A stretch of 32,000 bases of DNA from NCBI RefSeq assembly GCF_042660085.1, contig NZ_JBHSTI010000008.1:1839876-1871875 (forward strand), read 5' to 3'. Below are positions 7,084-14,848 of the stretch, piece after piece. The notes under the pieces were generated by a model. That model was not told the origin of the DNA, did no database searches, and was given only the letters and a program-made list of their open reading frames with translations. The number at the start of each line of letters is the position of its first letter. The stretch's first letter is position 1. The stretch comes from Longivirga aurantiaca. Lineage in GTDB: Bacteria > Actinomycetota > Actinomycetes > S36-B12 > CAIYMF01. The position numbers and the translations under genes are program-made.

Positions 7084-7584
7084 GTGCCGGTGCCTCCCGA
7101 TGCCTGCCCGACCTGCGGCCTCCCGCTGGAGAACCACGACCGCGACGTGCTCTTCACCCTGCCCGACCCCGTGCTCGGGCTCGTCGACGCCGGCGGCCTC
7201 CCCGAGGGCACGTGGCTCAGCCACGACCACCCCGACGAGTCGGTGATGCTGCTCGTCCCGGAGCTCGGCGCGTTCGTGCGCTGCCTGCTCCCGCTGCGCC
7301 TCGCCGGCGGCCACACCATCACGTTCGCGGTCTGGGTGGGCGTGAGCTCGGACGACCTGCAGCACGCGTGGAAGGTCTGGTGGGAGCCGGAGTACGCCGA
7401 TCTCGAGCTCACGGGCGTGCTCGCCAACGCGCTGCCCGGCGTCGACGTGCTCGCGGCGCCCGTGGTGGTGCGCGTCCGCGACGCCGAGGAGACGCCGTAC
7501 GTCGACAGCAGCAGCGACCCGCTCCTCGCCAAGGTGCTGGCCGACGAGTGGCCGCACGAGCAGGTGCTCGACCTGCTGCAGTAG
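7084..7584 (+). CDS. DUF2199-domain protein
   Basis: C-terminal part of ORF 6775..7584. GTG 7084 (alternative 7090). It starts with an N-terminal CPTCG zinc-ribbon-like motif, followed by ...DVLFTLPDPV...FVRCLLPLRL.GGHTITFAVWVGVS...WKVWWEPEY..., which matches the DUF2199 pattern. Confidence 0.7.
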   Translation: MPVPPDACPTCGLPLENHDRDVLFTLPDPVLGLVDAGGLPEGTWLSHDHPDESVMLLVPELGAFVRCLLPLRLAGGHTITFAVWVGVSSDDLQHAWKVWWEPEYADLELTGVLANALPGVDVLAAPVVVRVRDAEETPYVDSSSDPLLAKVLADEWPHEQVLDLLQ

Positions 7585-7591
7585 CGCACGG

Positions 7592-8206
7592 ATGTCGTCG
7601 GGCGTGCCTACCCTGGCGCGCATGACGCAGATCTGGCTCGACCGGCCCGAGCCGCCCATGGACGGCGACGAGACGGCCTCGCTGCTCGGCTCGCTCGAGC
7701 GGATGCGGCTGACCTTCTGGTGGAAGTGCTCCGGGCTGTCACCTGAGGGTGCACGGCTGCACATCGGCAGCTCGGCGCTGTCGCTCGGCGGGCTGCTCCG
7801 GCACCTCGCGCTGGTCGAGGAGAACACGTTCTCCCACAAGCTCTGGGGCCGTCCGCTGCGCGAGCCCTGGGCGTCGGTCGACTGGGACTCCGACCCGGAG
7901 TTCGAGTTCCGCACCGGAGAAGAGCTGCCGCCCGAACAGCTCGTCTCCGAGTACGAGGAGGCCGTGCAGCGAGCGCGCGCCGACCTCGAGGCGGCGCTCG
8001 CCGAGGGCGGCCTCGACTTCCCGGCACGCTTCTCCTGGCCGGACGGCTCCAGGCCCACGCTGCGCCGGCTGCTGCTCGACCAGATCGAGGAGTACGGCCG
8101 GCACACCGGTCACGCCGACCTCCTGCGCGAGGCGGTCGACGGCCGCACCGGCGAGGACGCACCCTGGCCGCCCGACGCCCCCACCCGCCTCTGGTCCGCC
8201 GCCTGA
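7592..8206 (+). CDS. DinB-family / DUF664 protein (mycothiol-transferase-like fold)
   Basis: ORF 7592..8206. An alternative ATG at 7622 gives MTQIWLDRPEPPMDGDE... The translation has ...LERMRLTFWWKCSGLS...LLRHLALVEE...LLLDQIEEYGRHTGHADLLRE, with the family's His motif. It starts 8 nt after the DUF2199 stop. Confidence 0.8.
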   Translation: MSSGVPTLARMTQIWLDRPEPPMDGDETASLLGSLERMRLTFWWKCSGLSPEGARLHIGSSALSLGGLLRHLALVEENTFSHKLWGRPLREPWASVDWDSDPEFEFRTGEELPPEQLVSEYEEAVQRARADLEAALAEGGLDFPARFSWPDGSRPTLRRLLLDQIEEYGRHTGHADLLREAVDGRTGEDAPWPPDAPTRLWSAA

Positions 8207-8267
8207 GAACCGCGCGTCGGCTCTTGACCTCCCGATGATCGGCCGCAAGCATCGGAGTCCGCAGGGC

Positions 8268-8288
8268 GGCGAGACCCCGGGTCTCGCC
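8268..8288 (+). terminator. GC hairpin after the DinB-family gene
   Basis: GGCGAGACCCCGGGTCTCGCC is an almost complete palindrome. It is followed by gagcgGTGTTCT, and lies 62 nt after the stop at 8206. Confidence 0.5.
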
Positions 8289-8361
8289 GAGCGGTGTTCT
8301 GAAGCAGCAGCATCGGCACGCCTGCTGGTTGCGCGGTCTCCCAGCACAGGAGGGCGATCGG

Positions 8362-8955
8362 ATGACCACGTCAGAGCCCATCGGCGACATCATTGGCGAC
8401 TACCGGGCGTTTGCCGAGCTGCAGCGCCACCGTCTGCTGGACAGAGGCGTCGACATCGCGGGCTACCCCCTCAGCCACCTCGCGGTCCGCGTGGCGGACT
8501 GGGACCTGTACGTGCATCAGCGCGCACTTCTCGAGCGTCACGCGACGGCGAACAGCGAGAACCTCTGGAACGGGCGGCCGATCTCCTTGATCGTGCTCGC
8601 CGAGCCGCTCACTGTTCTTGACGGTGCACCGCTGTCGGTCATCGAGCTCATCCCGCCGGTGCATCAACGCGTCTATCGCATGGGCCTCGAGCACCTGGGG
8701 GTCGTGGTCGGTGACGACGTGGACGACTTCGCACGGACTCACAGGGCAGCGCTGAGCGGCCAGCAGTTCCAGAGCGCCGAGGTGGAGCCGTACTACGTCC
8801 TCTTCGAGGACTTCACCCATGTGAAGTTCTATCGCCGTTCCCTGTACGAAGGTGCTCTGAGCCAGGGGGCGCGCTTCGAGGGCTTCACCCACGTCGAGAA
8901 CTGGGTCCCACAGCGTCTGGTCACCGCCACCGGGCCGAACCCGTTGCCTCGGTGA
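8362..8955 (+). CDS. YecM-like VOC-family protein
   Basis: Part of ORF 8329..8955. ATG 8362 follows AGGAGGG. Several blocks align with E. coli YecM as I recall it: SHLAVRV, SENLWNGRPISLIVLAEPL, SVIELIPP, GLEHLGVVV and VKFYRRSLYE. The gene is visibly less G+C-rich than its surroundings. Confidence 0.75.
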   Translation: MTTSEPIGDIIGDYRAFAELQRHRLLDRGVDIAGYPLSHLAVRVADWDLYVHQRALLERHATANSENLWNGRPISLIVLAEPLTVLDGAPLSVIELIPPVHQRVYRMGLEHLGVVVGDDVDDFARTHRAALSGQQFQSAEVEPYYVLFEDFTHVKFYRRSLYEGALSQGARFEGFTHVENWVPQRLVTATGPNPLPR

Positions 8956-9033
8956 GCGGAATCTGCTGTCCCGCCGTACTGCTTGCGGGCGAGGTGTCCC
9001 TTCGACATGGCCGACTGATGGAGGAAGGTTCCG

Positions 9034-9435
9034 ATGCAGACCCGATCGTTCCCTACCGCCCCCGAGGCCCGCTCGCCCGCCGGAGCCGAGATCCGTTTCC
9101 TCATCGAAGGCGACGCCGGCGGGGTCATCCACTCGACCGTCCCGCCGGGCCAGGTGAACCGAGCGACCGTCCACGCCACCGTGAGCGAGCTGTGGCACGT
9201 CCTGTCGGGCGAAGGACGGCTGTGGCGCCGTGACGCCAATGAGGAGGAGCTGACCCCGCTCCGCAGAGGGGTATCGATCGACATCCCCGTCGGGACGGAG
9301 TTCCAGTACCGCTGCGACGGGGCGGAACCTCTCCGGTTCGTATGCATCACGATGCCGCCCTGGCCCGGCAGCGGCGAAGCGACCTTCGTCGAGGGGCCGT
9401 GGGAGCCGAACGCCCCCGCCGGGGGCTGGAGCTGA
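9034..9435 (+). CDS. Cupin-domain protein
   Basis: ORF 9034..9435. ATG follows GGAGGAAGG. The translation ...GGVIHSTVPPGQVNRATVHATVSELWHVLSGEGRLW...L..GVSIDIPVGTEFQYR is a two-motif cupin barrel. Confidence 0.75.
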   Translation: MQTRSFPTAPEARSPAGAEIRFLIEGDAGGVIHSTVPPGQVNRATVHATVSELWHVLSGEGRLWRRDANEEELTPLRRGVSIDIPVGTEFQYRCDGAEPLRFVCITMPPWPGSGEATFVEGPWEPNAPAGGWS

Positions 9436-9489
9436 CTCCGCCGAAACTCCGTCCGCGGCCCCCGGCCCGATCGGAGGCCCCGTCCACGA

Positions 9490-10164
9490 TCAGGTGAGGC
9501 GGCGGCGTACGACGATGAGCAGCTGCACCAGCGCCACAGCACCGATGCCGACGGAGGCCCACGCCCCGAGCGAGGCCCAGAACGAGGCGGACGCCGGGTA
9601 GATCCCTGCCGCGAGAAGGAACATCGCCACCACGATCACCCGCGTCGGCCGTTCGCCGATCGTGACGACTCCGACGTCGTCCATGCCGATGGCGGTCGCA
9701 CGGGCGCGCGCGTACTCCTGCGTGAACAGCAGCACGCCCGCGAGCAGGCACGCGACCGGTGGCGCACCCACGACCCACAGCGCCACGAGAAACACGACGT
9801 CGGAGACCCGGTCGACCACGGAGTCGAGCACAGCGCCCCAGCGCGTCTCGCGGCCGGTCATCACCGCGACCGCGCCGTCGAGGGAGTCGGTCAGGCCCGA
9901 GAGGCCGACCACGACGGCGGCGAGAATCACCCAGCGGTCGCCGAGCGTGCAGAGCCACACCGCGAGCACCGAGACGAGGCCGCCCAGCAGCGTGACGACG
10001 TCCGGCGGCACCCTGAGCCGGGCGAACGGCGTCGCCACGGCGTGCACCACCGTGAGCCACGGACCGACGATGCGCGAGGTGCGCGGGTCGTAGCCGCCGT
10101 GCAGCGTCGACCAGCGGTCGAGGTACTCCTCGCGCGACAGGACGCTGCGGCTCACGCGTCGCAA
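9490..10164 (-). CDS. CDP-alcohol phosphatidyltransferase-family membrane protein
   Basis: ORF 9490..10164, starting at TTG 10164 or GTG 10155. Signature DSLDGAVAVMTGRETRWGAVLDSVVDRVSD corresponds to DG-x2-A(R)-x8-G-x3-D-x3-D, with Val where the motif Arg is usual. The protein is polytopic. Confidence 0.8.
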   Translation of the reverse strand: MRRVSRSVLSREEYLDRWSTLHGGYDPRTSRIVGPWLTVVHAVATPFARLRVPPDVVTLLGGLVSVLAVWLCTLGDRWVILAAVVVGLSGLTDSLDGAVAVMTGRETRWGAVLDSVVDRVSDVVFLVALWVVGAPPVACLLAGVLLFTQEYARARATAIGMDDVGVVTIGERPTRVIVVAMFLLAAGIYPASASFWASLGAWASVGIGAVALVQLLIVVRRRLT

Positions 10165-10208
10165 CCTAGCGCCGTCCGCCCCACGCCGCCCTCACCCACC
10201 CGCTGAGC

Positions 10209-10255
10209 CTGATCAATCCGCGGCTTCCCGGCCCCGGAAACGACGGATCGATCAG
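10209..10255 (-). terminator. Imperfect inverted repeat downstream of the SIMPL gene
   Basis: CTGATCAATCCG (10209-10220) and CGGATCGATCAG (10244-10255) form 12-nt arms with one mismatch. It lies between the SIMPL stop (10272) and the next gene start (10164). Confidence 0.35.
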
Positions 10256-10271
10256 TGTGAGCGAGAAGGGG

Positions 10272-10901
10272 CTAGACCGAGGGGCCGAGCGCCCACGTGA
10301 CGGTGACGACGGCGTTCACACTGCCCTCGCCGCCGTCCACCGGCATGCCGCCGCCGGAGTCGGCTGCGGCCATCGCCATCATCCGCCTCGGCATGCCGCC
10401 GCCGCCGATCTCGGCCTCGGCGATGTGCCGCACCTCGCCGAGCGCCTGGCCCGCGAGCCCTGCGTACTGCTCGGCCTTGGCCCGGGCGTTCGCGTACGCG
10501 GCATCGCGCGCGGCCGACTCGAGCCCGGCAGCGTCGTCGTGCGAGAACGAGATGCCGTCGACCCGGGCGCCGTCGCCGCCTGCCTGCACCGCGGCGACGA
10601 GCATCGAGCCGACGTGCTCGAGGTCGGTCGTGCGCACGGCGAGCGACAGCGAGGCCTCGTACGCCACCACGGTCGGCCACGGGTCGTGCACGGGGTTCAG
10701 CGAGACGCTGGTCGTGGCCAGCGTGCGCTCGTCGGCGCCGCCGCGTACGACGGCCTCACGCATCGCCTGCATCGCGTACGACGCGCGCGCGGTGGCGTCG
10801 GACGGGTTCGCCGCCCGAGCGGACGCCGCGAGGTTGAGGGTGGCGACGTCGTACGGCGCGCTCGCGCGCCCACGACCGGTGACGGTGACGGATCGGCCCA
10901 T
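10272..10901 (-). CDS. SIMPL-domain (DUF541) protein
   Basis: C-terminal part of ORF 10272..11462, ATG 10901. The translation MGRSVTVTGRGRASAPYDVATLNL...AMREAVV...VSLNPVHD...YEASLSLAVRTTDLEHVGSMLVAAV...GISFS.DD...ARDAAYANARAKAEQYA.LAG..LGEV..I.E is the family pattern. It starts 26 nt after the metF stop. Confidence 0.8.
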   Translation of the reverse strand: MGRSVTVTGRGRASAPYDVATLNLAASARAANPSDATARASYAMQAMREAVVRGGADERTLATTSVSLNPVHDPWPTVVAYEASLSLAVRTTDLEHVGSMLVAAVQAGGDGARVDGISFSHDDAAGLESAARDAAYANARAKAEQYAGLAGQALGEVRHIAEAEIGGGGMPRRMMAMAAADSGGGMPVDGGEGSVNAVVTVTWALGPSV

Positions 10902-10927
10902 GCCCCGATCCTGCCCCACCCGGGACG

Positions 10928-11845
10928 TCAGGCGGAGGCGGAGGCGCCGAGACCGAGGCCGGTGTAGATCTCGCGCGCGGAGGTCGATCGGTTGAGCGTG
11001 AAGAAGTGCAGACCGGGCGCACCGCCGTCGAGCAGCTCCTGGCACAGGTCGGACGCCGCCTCGACGCCGAGCGCGTGCACCGCGTCCGGGTCGTCGGCGA
11101 CGGCGCGGAACCGAGCGGCGAGGTCGTCGGGAAACGCCGTGCCCGACAGGATCGCGAACCGCTCGAGCTGGTTGATGTTGGTGAGCGGCATGATCCCGGG
11201 CAGGACGGGGATGGTGCACCCGAGGGCACGGGCGCGCTCGATCATCGCGAAGTAGTGGGACGCCTCGAAGAACATCTGGGTGACGGCGAACTCCGCGCCG
11301 GCCTCCTGCTTGGCCAGCAGCACGCGCGCGTCGTCGTCGAGGGACGCCGACTCCGGGTGACGCTCGGGGAACGCCGCGACTCCGACCGAGAAGTCGCCGA
11401 GCGACCGCACGAGGGTCACGAGCTCGTCGGCGTGGGCGAGGCCCTCGGGGTGCTGCTCCCACGGCGAGCCGGGACCGCCGGGCGGGTCGCCGCGCAGCGC
11501 GAGCACGTTGCGCACGCCGGCATCGGCGTACGACCCGATCACCGACCGCAGCTCCGCCACGCTCGACCCCACGCAGGTGAGGTGCCCCATCGGCAGCAGG
11601 GTCGTCTCCTCGGCGATCCGCTGCGTGATGCGCACCGTGCGGTCGCGGGTGGAGCCGCCGGCGCCGTACGTGACCGACACGAAGGTCGGCCGCAGGCCCT
11701 CGAGCTCGCGGATCGCCTGCCAGAGCAGGCGCTCGCCGTCGTCGGTCTTGGGCGGGAAGAACTCGAACGAGAACGAGTGCCCGCCGGCCGCCAGCAGTGC
11801 GCCCACGGTGGGGGGCGACGGCGTGCCGGGCGTGGTGGCGGACAT
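10928..11845 (-). CDS. metF: Methylenetetrahydrofolate reductase
   Basis: Only the last 305 codons of the 1260-aa ORF 10928..14710 are used, from ATG 11845. The translation is ...FSFEFFPPKTDDGERLLWQ...PTFVSVTYGAGGSTRDRT...GHLTCVG...LALRGDPP...FSVGVAAFPERHPES...EAGAEFAVTQMFF.... Confidence 0.9.
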   Translation of the reverse strand: MSATTPGTPSPPTVGALLAAGGHSFSFEFFPPKTDDGERLLWQAIRELEGLRPTFVSVTYGAGGSTRDRTVRITQRIAEETTLLPMGHLTCVGSSVAELRSVIGSYADAGVRNVLALRGDPPGGPGSPWEQHPEGLAHADELVTLVRSLGDFSVGVAAFPERHPESASLDDDARVLLAKQEAGAEFAVTQMFFEASHYFAMIERARALGCTIPVLPGIMPLTNINQLERFAILSGTAFPDDLAARFRAVADDPDAVHALGVEAASDLCQELLDGGAPGLHFFTLNRSTSAREIYTGLGLGASASA

Positions 11846-11965
11846 GCGACGAGGGTACGGCGTGCCCACGCCTCGGACCCCCGCGGTCCGCATGGTGAAC
11901 GACCGGTGAGGTAGGTGCGGCCTCTGGTGGTGCCCGGACGGGCCGCTCCCTCTACGCTTCGAGGC

Positions 11966-13039
11966 ATGACCACGGGGACCTCGCCGCTCGACGCGGAGGA
12001 CCTGCGCGTCCGTGTCCAGAAGCGGCTCGACGACTTCCTCGCCCAGCAGCTGCCGGTGCTCGACGACGTGAGCCCCGACCTCGCCCCGCTCTCCGAGGCC
12101 CTCACCGACCTGCTGCGCGGCGGCAAGCGCCTGCGCCCGGCCTTCGCCTACTGGGGCTGGCGCGGGGCCGGCGGCGCCGACTGCGAGGAGGCCATGGCTG
12201 CGGCCACCTCGCTCGAGCTGCTCCAGGCCTGCGCCCTGATCCACGACGACGTCATGGACGGCAGCGACACGCGTCGCGGTCTCCCCGCGGCCCACCGCCG
12301 CTTCGCGACGCTGCACCGGGGCAACGAGTGGCTCGGCTCGCCGGAGGCGTTCGGCGTCGGGGCGGCGATCCTTCTCGGCGACCTGTGCCTGTCGTGGGCC
12401 GACGAGCTCCTCATGTCGTGCGGCCTCCCGACCGACGCCGTGATGCGCGGCAAACGGGTGTACGACGTGATGCGCACCGAGCTCATGGCCGGCCAGTACC
12501 TCGACCTGCTCGAGCAGGCTATGGGCGGCGGGTCGGAGGCGCGCGCGATGCGCGTGGTGCGTTTCAAGTCCGCGAAGTACACGATCGAGCGACCGCTGCA
12601 CCTCGGTGCCGCGCTCGCCGGCGCGCCCGAGGAGACCTTCGTCGCCTACTCCGGGTACGGCCTGCCGCTCGGCGAGGCGTTCCAGCTGCGCGACGACGTG
12701 CTCGGTGTCTTCGGCGACCCCGCCCAGACGGGCAAGCCCGCCGGCGACGACCTGCGCGAGGGCAAGCGCACGGTGCTGGTAGCCGCGGCTGTCGAGGCGT
12801 CGAGCCCGGCCCAGGCTGCATTGATCCGACGGCACCTCGGCGATCCGGCCCTCGACGCGACGGGCGTGGCCGCCCTGCGCGAGGTCATCACCGACACGGG
12901 TGCGCTCGGGCACGTGGAGCGGCTCATCGACGCGCTCACCGACCAGTGCTTCCGGGCGCTCGGCTCGGCCGACATCGACGACGACGCACGCGAAGTCCTC
13001 CGCGGACTCGCCCACGCGGCGACCTCGCGCTCTATGTAG
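11966..13039 (+). CDS. idsA: Geranylgeranyl diphosphate synthase (polyprenyl synthetase, IdsA/CrtE role)
   Basis: Part of ORF 11915..13039. ATG 11966 is preferred because the codons upstream are not third-position G/C-rich. First Asp-rich motif LIHDDVMDGSDTRRG, second motif FQLRDDVLGVFGDPAQTGKPAGDDLREGK. It is divergent from metF, as for idsA in Corynebacterium/Mycobacterium. Confidence 0.9.
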   Translation: MTTGTSPLDAEDLRVRVQKRLDDFLAQQLPVLDDVSPDLAPLSEALTDLLRGGKRLRPAFAYWGWRGAGGADCEEAMAAATSLELLQACALIHDDVMDGSDTRRGLPAAHRRFATLHRGNEWLGSPEAFGVGAAILLGDLCLSWADELLMSCGLPTDAVMRGKRVYDVMRTELMAGQYLDLLEQAMGGGSEARAMRVVRFKSAKYTIERPLHLGAALAGAPEETFVAYSGYGLPLGEAFQLRDDVLGVFGDPAQTGKPAGDDLREGKRTVLVAAAVEASSPAQAALIRRHLGDPALDATGVAALREVITDTGALGHVERLIDALTDQCFRALGSADIDDDAREVLRGLAHAATSRSM

Positions 13040-13192
13040 CAGGATGGGCGGTGCTCGAGACCCGGCCAGCGCGACATCCCCCTGCTTCGTCCATCTTCGC
13101 CCCGCTGCAACGTGCTCCCCAGGCGTTGCGTCGCGAGTCACAAGCGCCCTTCTCAGCAGGCTGAAACTGGCGTCCGTCCTTAGGGTTGACCC

Positions 13193-14713
13193 ATGTCCCT
13201 GCTCAACCGCTCGCCCCGCACCGTCACCGGACCGACCGACCACGTGGTCGTGGTGGGGGCGGGCCTCGCGGGGCTCTCGGCGGCCCTGCGCCTCGCCGCC
13301 GCCGGCCGCCAGGTGACGGTCCTCGAGCGCGAGTCGGTGCCCGGGGGCCGGGCCGGGCTGATCGAGGACTCCGGCTACCGTTTCGACACCGGCCCGACCG
13401 TCCTCACGATGCCCGACCTCATCCACGACGCCTTCGCGGCCGTCGGCGAGAACATGGACGACTGGCTCGACCTCGTGCCGGTCGAGCCGCTGTACCGCGC
13501 GTTCTACCCGGACGGCTCGCAGCTCGACGTGCACTCGGACGTCGACGCCATGGCGGCCGAGATCGAGCAGGTCATCTCGCCCGCCGAGGCTGCGGGCTAC
13601 CGCAGGTACGTCGACTTCGTCTCCAAGCTCTACCGCTACGAGATGAAGGACTTCATCGACACCAACATCGACTCCCCCGTCGACCTGCTCACGGAGAACC
13701 TCGCCAAGCTGGTGGCGATCGGCGGCTTCCGCAAGCTCACGCCGAAGGTGCGGCAGTACCTCAACGACCCGCGCACCGAGCGGCTCTTCAGCTTCCAGGC
13801 CATGTACGCCGGTCTCTCCCCGCAGGACGCCCTCGCCATCTACGCGATCATCGCCTACATGGACTCCGTCGCCGGGGTCTACTTCCCCAAGGGCGGCATG
13901 CACGCCCTGCCCCGCGGCCTTGCCGGCGCGGCGGAGAAGCACGGGGTCGTGTTCCGCTACAACACCGAGGTCACGCGCGTCGAGATGCACGGCGACCGCG
14001 CCGTGGCCGTGCACACGGCGGACGGCGAGCGCATCGCCGCCGACGTCGTCGTCCTCAACCCCGACCTGCCCGTGGCGTACAAGCAGCTGCTCGGGCGCGA
14101 GCCGTGGAACGTCCGCCGTCTCACCTACTCGCCGTCGTGCTTCCTGCTCCTCGCCGGGTCGTCGGCGACGTACACGAAGACGGCGCACCACAACATCCAC
14201 TTCGGGCGCAGCTGGAACGGCGTCTTCCGCGAGCTGATCGACGAGAAGCGGCTCATGACCGACCCCAGCATCCTCGTGACGAACCCGACCTACTCCGACC
14301 CGGGCCTCGCCCCGGACGGCAAGCAGATCTACTACGTGCTGTTCCCGACACCCAACCTCGACGCCGGCATCGACTGGCGCACCGAAGGGCCCCGCTACCG
14401 GGACGAGATCGTGCGCACGCTCGAGGAGCGCGGCTACATCGGCTTCGGCGACGGCATCGAGCTCGAGCACGTCACGACACCGCTCGACTGGCAGGCCCGC
14501 GGGATGGAGCGCGGCGCCCCCTTCGCGGCCGCGCACTCGTTCCAGCAGACCGGGCCGTTCCGCCCGTCGAACCTCTTCGGCGAGAACGTCGTGTTCACCG
14601 GGTCGGGCACCCAGCCCGGCGTGGGCGTGCCCATGGTGCTGGTGTCCGGTCGCCTCGCGGCCGAACGCATCACCGGGCTCGACCGGTCGTACAAGCCCAC
14701 GTACCTGCACTAA
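13193..14713 (+). CDS. crtI: Phytoene desaturase
   Basis: ORF 13193..14713, ATG start. The translation is VVVVGAGLAGLSAALRLAAAGRQVTVLE...RFDTGPTVLTMP...FSFQAMYAGLSP...YFPKGGMHALP...VFTGSGTQPGVGVPMVLVSGRLAAERI. Confidence 0.92.
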   Translation: MSLLNRSPRTVTGPTDHVVVVGAGLAGLSAALRLAAAGRQVTVLERESVPGGRAGLIEDSGYRFDTGPTVLTMPDLIHDAFAAVGENMDDWLDLVPVEPLYRAFYPDGSQLDVHSDVDAMAAEIEQVISPAEAAGYRRYVDFVSKLYRYEMKDFIDTNIDSPVDLLTENLAKLVAIGGFRKLTPKVRQYLNDPRTERLFSFQAMYAGLSPQDALAIYAIIAYMDSVAGVYFPKGGMHALPRGLAGAAEKHGVVFRYNTEVTRVEMHGDRAVAVHTADGERIAADVVVLNPDLPVAYKQLLGREPWNVRRLTYSPSCFLLLAGSSATYTKTAHHNIHFGRSWNGVFRELIDEKRLMTDPSILVTNPTYSDPGLAPDGKQIYYVLFPTPNLDAGIDWRTEGPRYRDEIVRTLEERGYIGFGDGIELEHVTTPLDWQARGMERGAPFAAAHSFQQTGPFRPSNLFGENVVFTGSGTQPGVGVPMVLVSGRLAAERITGLDRSYKPTYLH

Positions 14714-14721
14714 CCCGGGGC

Positions 14722-14739
14722 GGTGCCCGCACGGGCACC
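14722..14739 (+). terminator. Short GC hairpin after crtI
   Basis: GGTGCCCGcaCGGGCACC, 9 nt after the crtI stop. There is no U-tract. Confidence 0.4.
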
Positions 14740-14848
14740 CAGAGTGACCTCGGTCCGCATACTGGGACGTAACGCCCGCGCGCGACGCAGATCACCCGCA
14801 CACCGGACACATCGCGTTCGGACGTGGGCGTGATGCGCTTGTACCCTC

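Noticed and set aside
11846-11965. Possible SAM-type riboswitch in the metF leader (two adjacent small hairpins at 11859-11872 and 11874-11890)
   Set aside because: I could not recognise SAM-I, SAM-II or SAM-IV consensus features. The 120-bp gap must also hold two divergent promoters. The hairpins are short (6 bp) and could occur by chance at this G+C content. An Rfam scan would settle it.
10928-14710. 1260-aa ORF on the minus strand
   Set aside because: Only the last 305 codons (metF, from ATG 11845) look like a real protein. The rest runs antisense to idsA and crtI and translates to Arg/Gly/Ala/Asp-rich low-complexity sequence, as expected for open antisense frames in G+C-rich DNA.
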